Source: Phoronis australis
Lineage: Eukaryota > Animalia > Phoronida
Assembly: GCA_002633005.1 (NCBI GenBank)
Contig: NMRA01000201.1
Span: forward strand, 314,085 to 378,084
Direction: 5' to 3'
Length of the DNA: 64,000 bases
Positions within the stretch are counted from its first letter, which is position 1. The number at the start of each line of letters is the position of its first letter. The notes beneath the pieces are model-generated. The model worked only from the letters and a program-made list of their open reading frames with translations. It did not search any database and was not told the origin of the DNA. This document shows positions 13,862 to 27,974 of the stretch, piece after piece. Made by a program: the position numbers and the translations under genes.

Positions 13862-14831
13862 TTAAACCCTGCAAAATGCTTATTTGTTAATTTATCTTGA
13901 ATGAAAAAGCTTCACACTGACTGTGTTCGTTTAAGGCAACAAACATCTAAACAGAACGTAATTAAAAATCTATGATTAAGTTCCAAAGTATAAATGCACC
14001 CGTTTGTAGAGTTTCAACACAAAAAATTAACCCTACTGAAAGGTCATGCATTTGAACAACACAACCATATACCCTGGCTTCCAAACATAAGTGCCCCAGG
14101 GGTCAGTATCCAGTTCTGTTGTCAAAGTGTCTGCTACAGGTAATCCCAACCAATGCACAACCATGATACATTTGTTTTCATGAATGAGGCCATTTATTCA
14201 TCATAGCTGACTTGTGTTTATTGCAACAACAGAGGTGCACAAATGATGGTAGCCAATCAGATCAGAACCTACTAATGGAACCTTTTTGCATGTGGCGCTC
14301 AGGTTCGTGGCATTGCAATGAATACTGGTTACATATATTGAATTCGCAGTTGCATTATGCATGCAGTCTTTAAGCAGCTTACGAAGGATGTACAAGGATG
14401 ACGATGGCACGCACTATATTGAAATGTTGAGAAACCAACATGGAAAATAATAATGTCCACCTTTGAATTTTAAGAAATTTCATTTTCAGAAACAATATTT
14501 TGTTGTGTTCACCTACTCATTGACTTTAATTGCCATGACTTAAGTGCCCTGAACATTAACCTAAATGAGTACAGAGTAACCACAGCAATTTTGAACCAAC
14601 TCATTGCCCAAACTCCTCTTTCTTCACATTTCCAAGAGTTCTAACATCGCAGAATGACCACATTATCTCAGAACATTGGCTGATTGTAGCCATAAAATAT
14701 TAAAGTGATTAATGCATAATTTGATACTACGCAGAAAAAATGAATACAAAGTTTTACTAGTGTACCAAATTGGTGAGATTTTTGTCATAAACAACACTAA
14801 CCTGTAGAGACAGTGAGACACCCCACTTTAA

Positions 14832-15327
14832 GGTCCTTTCATACTAACGTCGATGTTTTGGGGAGTTGCGGTCAGTATTAACGGTTAACTTCGGTTCTGG
14901 ATCGAGATAACAGCACCAGTTAACTTCGCAGTAAACAGGTGGATTTAACAGCAAAGCATTGATGCTGCGGTGCAGATTGAATGGTCAACTTCAGTCCTAC
15001 CAATTTTATCGCCAGGGGCCACTGTTATATGATCAACAATTAAAGGGCAGACAGTTGCTTATATTTTGCTTGAATAATCACCAATCGATTTAGAAATATG
15101 TTTTATGTCAATTAGCACATAAATGTTCCCAAATTGTCACATTAAAAAATTTTAGCGTGCACGCGATTTATCAGCGGTACCTTGTGATTACTTCGATAAC
15201 AGCAACGTCACCTGTTGTTTACTTTGATGTCCGTTAACTACCGAAGTCGGTATGAATGGTTTAGTTAACTTTGCTGTTTACGTTGACGCTCCGCTTAGAC
15301 CGGGAGTTAAGTCAGTTTGAAAGGGCC
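14832..15327. mobile_element. Harbinger-like MITE
   Basis: TIRs GGTCCTTTCATACT / AGTTTGAAAGGGCC in a TAA/TTA-like context. Confidence 0.6.
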
Positions 15328-18300
15328 TTTAGAGTGCTCAGAGCAATCTCACTCAACCTCGAACTACCTACCTTGATGTATCTGTATTGGCTCCAGTGAT
15401 ACGATTTCAACAACAATCTGCCATAGTTGGAAATACAATCATTGACCTACAAAATAAATTCAAGAACTTGATCTTACTCGGTAGCTTTCACAAGAAATCA
15501 CACTTTCATACCTTTAAGCTTAAAACAGCACAAGTGATTCTATGTGGTAAAAAATTGGTATATCTTTTGCGACAATAGTCACTAACAGGGTCTCAAATTT
15601 CAAGAACCAGTTTTCTCCACTGAATAACGGAGATTAATCTGGTTCTCAAATACCAGCACCTCATTGAGTGACAACTGCCTCTTTTGCAATCAAAGTTTTA
15701 AAACAGATAAATATTAGAAACTTTTATATTCAGTGAATCAAATTGGAAATGGTACCCTTTCGTAGCAATTTTTTCATATAAAGCACCCTTCGGAGGGAAA
15801 CTGTTGTAAAAAAGTCACCCTTCTAATCCGGACGTTCCGTATATACCTCTGCCATGGGAGTACCCTCCAGGTCTAGGACAACATCGGCACCACAGGAAAA
15901 TAGTGCAGCAATAAAGGTTTTCAAAATAGGCTCCATCTCATATAACAGCAACAATATCAATGCAGTTCAACCCTACAATGACAGTGTCATTTGCTAGGTA
16001 GAAAGTAATACCTAACCTACTGTTGCTTCATTCAGGAATTCCCAGTCATACTGAAATATTGGCACAACAAAAGGCCTCCCATACAATATCAAGCTTTGCC
16101 AACAGAAGCAGGCCTGCTACCTTCCCCCAGAGATAAACTAATCAATATGAACTACCACTGTGCATACATCAGACACACCTGCAAGAAGATGTATGGAGTC
16201 ATTTCATATGAGAACTGAAGAACGCCAGACTTGCTGGTAAAGTCATGTGGTGATTTACGATAACAGGAACAGTTACAGTGCAAAGTGAACTGACAAACAA
16301 AATCTTTCACATAATGAGGTTTGACGCAACTTCCAGGAGCGATGGGAAATTAATGACAGTTGTAGCAAATTGATTTCCAACTGCAAATGTGAAACGTGTG
16401 AGTGTTAAAAAATCTCAAGCTAAACTTCAGAGAAAAAGGAGCAAACGCAAACGAAATGTGTCAATTAAGTTGAATAAATATAAAGTTTTGCGAAATTAAG
16501 ACAAGATTACTTTTTTAATGATTTTCATAAATCTTTAGTTCAACATCGTACAATTAAGACACTGTCACACATTGTAAAAAGAACAAGCATCAATCAGCCA
16601 AATGTGCACGGCAATATCTCCCGCAATCTTGCGAAGTTTTGCTTTTTAGCGAGGTCTTAGTGTTATTGAACTGAACCCTAATGTCACATAAACACCACCA
16701 TGAAATCAGTTTCCAATTAGGGTTTGAAAAAAACAAGATTTGCCTGCAAAAAACTCGCAAGTTTAAGACAATATGGCAAACATTTTCTCATTTTTTCATA
16801 AATGACAAGCAGCAGCAAGGTAATACTAAGCCATTTTCTAGTTCCGCATCTTGGCTACCATCACACACTGTTTTGAAAAGTTACCATCATTGATAATGAT
16901 GTTTTAATGCTTGAAAGATGGAAAACGATTAATTTCAGCAATTCCTTTTTGTCCAAAACTAGTGAGATTTTACCATGATTTGCTTTAAGTGAACAGTCTT
17001 CATTGTAGTGACAAAAAAACACTCACAACCACAAACAGAGACTTCAACACCCGCCCAGTGACCCGATCCAGCTCTGTACACCAAAACACCACCACTCAGT
17101 GACTAAGAGCTCAGGTGTGCCAATAGCAAACAAAGCCTAACCAGTACACCAGGTGAGTTGTAGACAGGCTCAGGGTTTACAATTGTGCTCCAGCCAGTGG
17201 TTGTAGGTCAATGGTGGTGACACAATGGGCCAGCCTGAGTGTCAACACAACTGTAGGCAGGAACTCTCCATTTATAGAGGCCAGGTTGTGGCAGCAGGCT
17301 ATGTAGCTTGTGTACAATGCCATAATTACAGGAGCATTTATAGACCAGTCAGTCATTAGGAGACTATACTAAGGACTGTCAATGGCAACAGCTGGTTGGA
17401 GTGGGGAAAGTAGACAAGTATTAATGAGGAGATGTGAATGGCATTGAGTTGGATGTAAAATATGAGGGCAGAGCATCAAGCACTTGTGATTTTGGAGTTG
17501 ATGCAACTGTAGATTATAGTGCCAGAAGAGTAGCTTGGTTGGGATATTCTTCATACTGGATGAATAGAAAACCCGTTGTTAAATGAATAAATATGGTAAA
17601 ATCTCGCCAATTATCAGCTGAAAAGGTTATTACCAAATTGACCATTTTTCATTTTTCAATGTATTCCAGTTTCCAACATTGTTGTGAATGCCCACACTGA
17701 ATTTTCAAAAAATATTTTCTGTTGGCTACTATTCGTAGAACAGTATTTGAACATGGCAACATTAAAATTTGGTAACATGGATCTTTTTTTGAACAAAAAG
17801 AGTACTAATTGAAATTTTACTTCTCCGCCACATTGTGCCCTAAATTGCCAAGGTTTTACTGAACTACAGACACGCATTGAAAATAGCTGAAATACAAGTA
17901 AAATATTCAAAATAAACCATTTTTTTTCAAATACAACGCAACAATAACCAAAACCAGAATAGTGTACACCGCTGGCCATTCCAGTAGAAACAACTTTCAA
18001 TAACCACCACAGTAGTAAATTTGCTTCACAGATCCTGTGGTACAAATAATACTGTCATAATTGTTATGAACTAAAACTGTACACTTATACTTAGTCTCTG
18101 AGTGAAGTGAAGTGAAGTTAAAAAGAACATCAAAATAAAATCCTTCTAGGGTCATGGGCTAGACACAAAAATTGTGAAGATTTTTTAAAGAATTTTGCGT
18201 TGAAAATGGCACTCCAGTCATCCATTAATAGCAATAGGACACAAAACTTGTTTTCGTGGACCTAGTTTCAAGGACTTCCCCCAGCGTTTTAGAAACCCAA

Positions 18301-18896
18301 CTAGAAACTGTCCTGATTTCAAAAGTCAACAGCTTTGATTTATCACTAAAAATGTTAAAATCCACCTGTAGCTAACTGCATCGAGATAAAAGAAGGATAA
18401 AATACTCCTGTTTAACTGAATGATAATGTATGTTGAAGATGAAACGTAAACACAGTATCTGTTCTGCAGCAGTCAAGCATTCGTCCTTTTGAGAAACAAT
18501 ATAGACAATGACAAAAAATAACAAAATTCCATTTCTCAACCTGACCAGTCTTCTATTTAAGTCTTCTATTTAAGGCATTAAAGTACAATTTATGGCATTA
18601 AAATGCAGTTTTAGAGCACAAACCAAAATCCCAATACAGATAAGTTGTAAGCAACTTTCTATTCATCAATTTGTTGAAGATGAAACTTTTGCCAAATCAG
18701 CTAGTTTGGATATTTTTTAACTTGTGCTGCACCACATAAGTGCTAAAAATACAAATGACAATAATGACATACAATTCAAGAAATAAAGAACAAAAAAATA
18801 ATTCAGTAATTTTTTACTTGTGTAAGTTGAGTAAAAACTAATTATAATGTGGAATAAACCTTTTAATTTGATAACCACCTCCCTACCTAGAATTGT

Positions 18897-19539
18897 TAGG
18901 GAGGACAATCGAAAAGTAGGTCACAGTGCTCCATATCTGCCTCCGTGTAAAACCCACGTTGGTAAATTACCCGATTTCAGACTTCAAAGTTAACTATAAG
19001 ACAATTTTGTGTTATAAATCCTTACCTTAGTCTTATTTGTAAGTTTGTAATCTTTTTGTCTCGAATTATCGCTGATAAATCATTTTTGTAAGCTTTTTTA
19101 GCGCACGATTTTCCGCCATGCGATCAACTTTCGAAAAAGTGCCTCTTGTTCCTCCTGTCCAAAAGCGCACTATACTCTCAATCCATTGTTTTCATCAAAC
19201 ATGAGGTTGATGATGAGCCTGTTCCATATGCTAACAACACATTTAAACAGCAATATCTCTGTAGAAATTTATCCAAATTTTATATAATACACACCACCAT
19301 GTTTGTCTCAATGAGACGAATTTTTTTATATGCAGCACATGTATATTTTATTTTTTAGGAAATTGTGTAAAAAGGCAGATATTTTACGCATAATCGTCGC
19401 ATTTCAACGGCCATTTTCTCGGTAACTACTCATCCAATTTTTCTGATTGTTACACCATTTCATTTCTCACACCAAGGGCTTTTCAAAAATGTATGACACA
19501 TGAGTATTGCAAAAAAATTTTAAAACATTGTCCTCCCTA
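18897..19539. mobile_element. Non-autonomous DNA transposon with TIR TAGGGAGGACAAT and a 7-bp TSD GAATTGT
   Basis: Perfect 13-bp TIR; GAATTGT at 18890-96 and 19540-46. Confidence 0.8.
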
Positions 19540-19930
19540 GAATTGTGAATAAGGGCAAAAAAGTACAACAGGTGGGTGATATTATAACCAGGTACACAAC
19601 AGGCCATCCTTTTCAACTTGAGAAATTAAATATTTCATCATAAGAAAGTTATTTCCTCTTAACTTATATAAATATATATCTTAAACTTAGTTCATCCAAA
19701 GGCAACACCCTTCAATTTAGTCATTCACCACTGGAAACAGCGAGAATTTCTTGTTTGCTCAAGTAAGAAAACGCGACACCAATCGGCTAAACTTATCCTC
19801 GAGGTCGGATAAAACTTCCTCAAAGATCGTTCAGACCAATTGCCGAAAAAATCTTTCTGCTAAAAGTAATATACACCCTCAAGCATAAGATTTTCGTAGC
19901 TAAAACGAGGGGCAGAAGATAAAGTGTTAC

Positions 19931-20060
19931 GTCTCCAAGTCACGCCATCAATTAAAGAGCACACGAGAGCTCAAAGCAGCCATCTTGCCGTCGGTGGAAG
20001 CACCACCAAACCATATGACCACGAACCGACTTGGTCGGCCAAGAGTTGGCAGACGAAATC
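19931..20060 (-). promoter_or_regulatory. Candidate promoter and first (non-coding or uORF) exon of a minus-strand gene running leftwards
   Basis: CpG-rich patch; YY1-like AAGATGGCTGC; donor-like GAC|GTAACA at 19930; sequence to the left is visibly CpG-poorer. Confidence 0.35.
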
Positions 20061-21253
20061 CTTGATATTGTGCAACAAGTGAAGCGCAAAATCTCCTTAA
20101 CGTTGGTATATAAATGAAGTTGTAATAGTGTACAAACTTACCAAGGATATACAACGAAATTATTGTCTTGCCAGCGACTGACGACGCCACAGGTCCGCGA
20201 TATTGGCAGATGTCTCATCGTTGAATATTCATTAAGCATCGACCGAGGGAGCATTCGTTAACTTTTACAATATACAGATATGCGTCTCGAGTAAACAAAC
20301 TATTTGGGAGTGAAAATGGCTTTTTTGTCAAAAATATTTCTTAAAAAATAGCCAAAGAACATTTTTTGCTTTCAGTAATGTCGACAAGTTGATAAACGTT
20401 TTGTCAACTACTCGCAAGCTCATCCCGTGAGCGAAGCAGGGGAGACAATCGCTGAAGGTGCGCTACACCTTGGAACAGTTTATTAATAGCCTGACGTGTT
20501 TGCATTTACCTGTGACACTCGAATCGATGTCAGGGTCTTGATATAACCTACATATTTACAATATACATAGGAAGATTGGTGTCGCGTATTGAAGTGTCGG
20601 TTATTGTGGCTTTATCGTCACCGTCTTTTAATGGATAAGCGGCGCGCCACAAAATGAACCGGGGTGAAAGTCAACCTGACGCAGCTATAATGCTGCAGGG
20701 CCCAAAGAAACTATTTGATCCTTGATTACTGGCCCGTAGCTATTGTAGGCACGTTTTGTATTCAAGACCATTATCTTCTTAGCGGTGTGAATTCGCTGGG
20801 TTTCATGTGAAGACAGAGAAATGGCTTCTGAGTGGGCCTGTTGGTGAACTAGCGGGCTCATGTTCAGCACGCCGGCCAGTGAATCATGACCGGCATCTAC
20901 ATATGCCTATTGCCTACAACAGCGTGTTTTGGCCAATATTGGCAAGGGCGAGCTAATTCAACAGTCATGAAAATTGGAAGGAGAATTTATAGTTTTTATT
21001 AGTTTGTCATTATCATAGTAAATTAAGTTCTTCACTACTTTTGCACAGTTATCATGCGACGATCGATGCACCACTCCACAGCCCAGAAAGTGGCATATAT
21101 TAGGCCTACAACACCAAAAGCATTGGGCTTCAATCATGTTCCATTAGAGTTGGCGAGGCTTAAGATCTATATCTGGTCATGGGCACTGCGGAGTGTCACG
21201 ACTCGAGCCTGGTTTACAAAAGTCTTAGAATTTCGCCTTGTTTCGGCAAGACT

Positions 21254-22177
21254 AACAAGAGCAACGCAGAGCGTTGAAATGCGCCCACAATTGCACCGTA
21301 TACGGTATCCTTCTAGGGTTGTTTATTGGTACCATTGAGTGGCCAGTAACGGGCATATATGTAGTATGTTGTACTTTGCAAAATGGCGGAAAGGCATGGT
21401 CATTGTCTCCTCGATAGGCTAGGGGCAAAATGTCACTTTGAGTGATCTAGTTCATAATACAAGCACATCCTATACATCAGTTGCTTAAAGCACCACAGAA
21501 ACATAGAATTAAAAACAAATTTACCAACATACGAGATTAGCACAGCATTAGAATGGCAGAAACAAATTTCTACTTGGAACTTTTCCTTCATAGTCACGAA
21601 GTAACACAAAGTATACACCTGAAGACCTATGAAAATACAGAGGTCAATGTAAAATACTAAAATTGCNNNNNNNNNNNNNNNNNNNNNNNNNNNNNNNNNN
21701 NNNNNNNNNNNNNNNNNNNNNNNNNNNNNNNNNNNNNNNNNNNNNNNNNNNNNNNNNNNNNNNNNNNNNNNNNNNNNNNNNNNNNNNNNNNNNNNNNNNN
21801 NNNNNNNNNNNNNNNNNNNNNNNNNNNNNNNNNNNNNNNNNNNNNNNNNNNNNNNNNNNNNNNNNNNNNNNNNNNNNTAGGTGCCTATATACCAAATTTC
21901 ATGAAAATCCGTTCAGGACTTTTGAAGATACAAAGGTAAGCGTAAAAAACTAAAATTGCCACTAGGGGGCACACCGGTAGTTGGATCCGTCCGAAAGTTC
22001 GCACATGCCGTCCCATTCATGAATGGAACATATGTGCCAAATTTCATGAACGTATGTCAAAGGGTTTTGGTGAGATAAAGCAGCGGACGCCGGACGGACG
22101 CCGCCCAGACGGACGGACGGACGGACGAAGATGACGGCATAATGCGTCCACATAGAAATATGTGGGCGCATAAAAAA
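21254..22177 (+). mobile_element. HINE/DINE-1-like non-autonomous Helentron-type element spanning an assembly gap
   Basis: AACAAGAG start, subterminal IR ATGCGCCCACA / TGTGGGCGCAT, (GGAC)n microsatellite, 3' hairpin at 22142-22171, then an A-run. Confidence 0.75.
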
Positions 22178-23298
22178 TAAGTCTCTGGTTTTAAGAATCG
22201 GCGAACTGTTAGCACTCCAACAACTTTCAGTGAAGGCCGCGCGTCCGAGACTTGCTGACTCGGGCGTCCTACAAGTTCGATCTCCATACACAGGTTCAGT
22301 CCCCGGGGAATGTAAATGCGTCTTGATTTTCAAAAGGTTTTGGGGGTAACAGGCTGTAACTGTATATGAGAAAATCTCTTCACGTGGACTTATATTTTCC
22401 TCGAGTAAATAGATCTACTTGTCTTCGTCTCTCAGATGACACTAGCCCTATATATTGTGCACTTTTCTTCAGTTAGGCGTATGTAAACTTCAAATTTTCA
22501 TTGTCATGTTTTTAGAGGTAGCCCGTATATAGAAACTGGATGCCATTATCATCAGTATCATCACAACTACCAACATTAGGCTAATTGCAGTTGTTTACTA
22601 TGGTCTACAGATATGATGACGAAAGGGATGGCTAAAACAATTGAAAAATGTAAGACTGCAACTTTTGAAATATTGACAAGGACGGTGACCTGGAAAACAG
22701 AACGAGGACTGTAGAGCTCAGCGGTTGACGGTCGAGCATGGCTAAAAGACTAATTTACCTAACCTTCATGCATAGACCTAATAATTGCATGCCGTGTATG
22801 GCAGCCTCCTTGCTGTGCATAAAACTGACTTCAGTTGGCACACACCCTTTCAGTTGGTTAGTGCATATCTGCCAATAAACTTTAACTGTTACGGATCTGA
22901 TATTATGGTCAGGTTTGACCACAATTTCCAAATGAGGCTCCGGACGGGGACTGAGGGGGAGGGGGACACATTCCCCTTAACCCGATTCCTTCTACAGATC
23001 AGGGCACAGACAGTAAACCGAATTGAGGTAACCAGTGGCATCACATTTCCCGAAGTCTCGATCTGGCTCAAACTATAATTAGGTTTCTGAAAAGCGAGTA
23101 TGCCACAAACTCGACTGCTGAGTTACTTTTTTGTCTCGGACAAATTTGCCTCTAGTTATGGAATGCCCTTTACGACACCTTGTGACCATTCAGTCCGCAA
23201 GTCAGTTTTGACAAACACAAGTAACTCAGTCTCAGTGCGCGCTACGAACTGGTGGCTTCACGCTAGGTTAGCCTACATGTTTTGGTCGCATGATGGTA

Positions 23299-23766
23299 TA
23301 GACCGGCAGCCCAGAGCACTTAGCATAGATGAACGAGGTACCAACATCTGACCACGGGAGCATTTAAAGTCCACCTCAGTATGTACAGAAAAGGACGTCT
23401 GCCGTTGTCTGCACTCTGGGTGTGACCCCTGGGGGCCTTACAAAGACCCCAAAAAATGAGCTGGACTAGATATTCGAGGTACCAACCAAAACTGATTNCC
23501 CATTCCAGAGTGCAATTTGTCTGTCATGGGTCATTCGGTGTTCAGTGCGGTATTATTGTTCGTTTTAAATCAGTTTTGGTTGGTACCTCGAATATCTAGT
23601 CTAGCTCATTTTTTGGGGTCTTTGTAAGGCCCCCAGGGGTCACACCCAGAGTGCATACAACGGCAGACGTCCATTTCTGTACATACTGAGGTGGACTTTA
23701 AATGCTCCCGTGGTCAGATGTTGGTACCTCGTTCATCTATGCTAAGTGCTCTGGGCTGCCGGTCTA
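23299..23766. mobile_element. Palindromic MITE with 199-bp arms, TAG...CTA ends and a 3-bp GTA duplication (Academ-like)
   Basis: Arms 23299-23497 and 23568-23766 are near-perfect reverse complements; GTA at 23296-98 and 23767-69. Confidence 0.8.
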
Positions 23767-26700
23767 GTACTCTCCGATACACAATGGGATGACATTCCAC
23801 GCCACCAACGGTGTATCATGTTCATTGGGAGACGTATCTTACAGGTATAACACGTGCCCCCCAACTCGCCAATGAATGTCATTAACCCGTTCAATTCTTC
23901 CCACTGAGTCGTCACAAGGTGACAGCAACGGTGTTCCACACCAATACACCGCTACCATAGACCCAGATGCCCCGCTTTTTGTCCGAAAGTCCCGCTTTTC
24001 AATCCAGTTGTCTCGTTTTATCATTCTCGAATGTTGACAACTATGGAACAGGTGGTCATTTGTCTCTTTGCCGTGAATATATTCCAGAATACACTTTCAT
24101 TAGTACAATCGTAAAAAGGTGTTCCAATGTCTCGTTTACTGTAACACGCACTGCATGTAACGGGATCACTGATTTTACTTTCTGAATAAATGAGTTTATT
24201 TACAAATACGGGAAGTCCTGCACTGCAACCTATCTAATGATCTGCCCACAGTACATTTCAAACCTACATAGATGTTTGCATATTTTATCCATCAGAAAAC
24301 CTTTATCTGCAAATTACGGATAGGTAGCAGGAGTTAGTAATTAGTTTATCACATTTTTTTAAATGTCAAAGCAGTCTGAATTTTACTAAAGAACAGCGGC
24401 ACCAAAGGTCTAATTAATATATATAACGATGTATTATTTTGGATGAATGCCTGACTAAGTTCTGTGAGGGAGCCATATTCTAAAAACTTTTCCCCGCTGG
24501 TTTAATTAGTCATTTATGTAACCTCTCTGGTTCGTTTCCTTTTTTATGTTACCATTATACCCCGTTATTTTTCGCATTTTTGCATCACTCTCGTTTTTTA
24601 GAAATAAAAAATATTTTTAAACCTGTCAAGCATGCGAAATGATGAATATCTATGAATTAAATTATTTATCGTTAGCTTCTGCAGTAATAATACACCATCA
24701 ATAACTTATGAAGAACTTTCGAAATTACTCTTCTTATGCAATTCGGTTGAAAAACGGCGAAGTTTCAAAGTTTTAGTGTCAGTAAATTCAAGGGGAATAA
24801 CCTAAGCCAGAGCAAACAAATGCCAAGCATGCGCGGCGCAACCTCAGCAGCACGAAATCGAAGTTGGCATTCCGGGGTAGAGTTCAGTAGATGTTTTTCA
24901 ACTAGAAAAAAATGGCCAACATCACGTGTTTGCATGGCTAAACGTTATCTTTACTAGTTGCGGTACCATGCAACGAAGCAAAATATGATGCCAGTTCTGT
25001 TCATCGCGAAATGTATCGATTCGCAAAGTCCGTTCCCAATATTTACCGACCAAAGCAACCTTTTGGCGCGTCGTGTAATACAGGAGCCAATTACGAATTA
25101 CGTCAGCAAGCAGATACGACGTCATTGAATGCATAGACCCGTACATAATTATTGCAGCGCCTGACAACAAATCTCTCTTGCTGGCCAATTCTAACCTGGG
25201 ATATTGGTCCTAGATTCTAACCCTATGTAGTACAGTTGCGCTGTTTACTGCGAACGTCTTCGTACACCTATGCTCACCACGTCAAAGCCCGCCATATAAA
25301 AAATTTCACTGACTTTTCGTCAAGTAGCTTTGCGATAAACAACGGTCAAGTATGTATCGACAAACGCGAAGGTATCACGACAGAATTCAACCACACTTTT
25401 CGTAGGCCCATAAAACGAAATTACGTGAAAGAAACTTGTGATAAACAGTTTTATTCATGATCGCAATGTACAGCATAAAGTAATTACACAGTTAACAATA
25501 TTAGTTCTGCCTTCTCACCTCAAGTTTTTACATTTTTACAAGCATTGCCATATGGTGAGCACAACAGGGCTGCGACAGGACATTCGCCAATAAAGCTAGT
25601 GTGACAACATGCTTCGCATATACTGCATGGCGATATTTGTTAGACGAAACTGCTTTTTTGCCAGTTTCTCCAGTCAACGAACGCAGCCCCGGACGACCTT
25701 CAAACGGAAATGAAACGATCATCCACACAATTTCAGGAATAAACAGTGCAATATTAGGATCTTTGACTGATTACATAAAGGGTGATTGCCCAACAAATAC
25801 AACAAAACTTGTTAAACAATCAAAAGAAAATCCACTTCCACAAGTAAGCAATTTATCTTTTTACACTCCTAACAATTCGCTCCAATCACTCAATTTGGCG
25901 TTTCTTTGCATAAAACACAACACCATTTCAAATTTGCGCATACCCCTCACAGACGCACTGCCTTACACATCACAAACACAAAATTATATTTGCAGAAACA
26001 ACCTCTGAAATTATGGTGTATGCCTATTGCTTTCCTCAACGCTAGATGTCGTGACATGTTCAGGAAGGAAAACTGGACTGGATTATGTAAATTTTTGTTA
26101 CAGGGGTGTGGCTTAGTGATATACAGAGCTACTTTACTTGGAGACTTGGAAGAAGCTGTCCTACTGTAGATTTTGTACAAAACCTCTAATAGATAAAGCA
26201 AAACAGTTTATGACACCTTAAATTACACCATTATTTCAGCAAATGATGTCAGCATTCAATTATGTAACTTAACTAAAAATTTGTTGTCTCCTAAAAGAAA
26301 TAGGGCACAGAAATCTTTTCTTCCTAGCCTCATAAAAAGCAAACACAGGGACTGATTTATTTACAGGCAGGTCTTCATAGTCAACACACATCCTCTGGTC
26401 CATCAAGTGTAAAGCTGGCTATTTCCGTTGCATAGATACTAATTTTATCTCCCTTGACACTTTGTGGAGGAAATAATATGTACAAAATAAATCAGCACAA
26501 CAATCATACACTTGAACAAAAGTCTTCAAATCCGTGACTGAACAATGGGAGACAGAAATTAAACTGATCTGAATGTAACACATACTACAGACTAGGATAC
26601 AAGGACTCCCACACACGACCAACAAGAGGCAAATTTGTACTCTCAAAAAGGAAAGTGTGTCTGTCCTGTGTAATCAATTCAAGCCAACAGGTGGTGTGCC

Positions 26701-27559
26701 AACACCTTGCTCTCAGTAAAATGAGACTCGGCTTATGAAGTAGACAAACACTAGTCGGGAGCTAGATTTGCATTCATCCAGACTTCCCCCAAGTCAACAC
26801 AATAAAAATCACAAAAAATGGAACAATCACTCAACAACAGAACCTGGTGGGAAGCATACGAACAAACACTCCACAAATCATTCTCAAAACCCTTCAAAAC
26901 TCAGCCGACTAACTTGGCTGAAACATAAGTTCCATAATGAGAGGGGGAAATAGTTCTCTAGAAACTCACCGTGGAGGAAAACATGGCTAAAATTATCCCT
27001 TGTCAACTGAAAATCACAATCAAGTTTTGTACCATATAACTTTCCAACCAAATAACTTACTACAAAAATATGTCCAGAAACTCTTACGGTAACAAGTTTT
27101 AGTGGAGCGTGTCCTCCAACGACTAAAAAAAAATAACTTGAGATGATAACATCAGAGACCAAACAATGCACAAGACGAATTCTATGACAAATAAGTCACC
27201 ATAAAAACCACAAATGACACCAGTGCACACTCACTAAATTCATGAAACACATGACGTGAAATATCTGCCAAAAATGCATGTGGAAATATGTGTTCATTCT
27301 TCGTCTTCCACACCACATTATCATATATTAGCAGTTCAACAACTAAAACCCCTCTCATGATAGTAGCAACAAACCTAGTTACTATTCACCTACCTCAGCA
27401 CAAAACATATTTACAATAAACAAGTCAGCTATGTCTATCAAGAGAAAAGCCAATGCTTTCAATGTTATTTTAAGTAACGTACAATGTATTTCCAGACATA
27501 TTTCAATGTAGTTTTCCCCGTCTCAACTATCACTACTGATACAATCACAGCAAGGCAGT

Positions 27560-27974
27560 ACTAGATAGCAATATTGCCCCTGCTGAAGGGGCGCACACGA
27601 TAGCACTTCTCAGTTTTGTATGTGTACATGAAAAGGGGAGATAATTGAGACAAATAAATGCCACCATACAGCTTTAATAAAGTAATTTCATAGAACTTTG
27701 GTGGAAATCCCTTAAGAAATATAAAAGGAATCGCAAACATTAAGAATGTATTTTCCAAAGTGGACGCACAAAAATCAAGACCAGGCCAAAACTCGGGGAA
27801 AATACGATGGAATCGCAGACAACATACACCCGAAAAGTATACTTTTTCGAAAGTTTTGTTGAAATCCCCTACGAAATGTAGGAGTTGAGCACAGAAGTAT
27901 ATTATTCTCAGTACAGACAAACAGATGGACAAACGCCTATCAATACTATATCACCTTCAGAAAGGGATAATTAA
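27560..27974 (+). mobile_element. HINE-like element of a second family, downstream of the USP10 stop
   Basis: ACTAG start, degenerate (GACA)n, terminal hairpin TATCACCTT...AAGGGATA. Confidence 0.5.

Noticed and set aside
14103-14204. Minus-strand ATGATGA...CTGA resembling a C/D snoRNA
   Set aside because: No convincing terminal stem and no recognisable rRNA guide.
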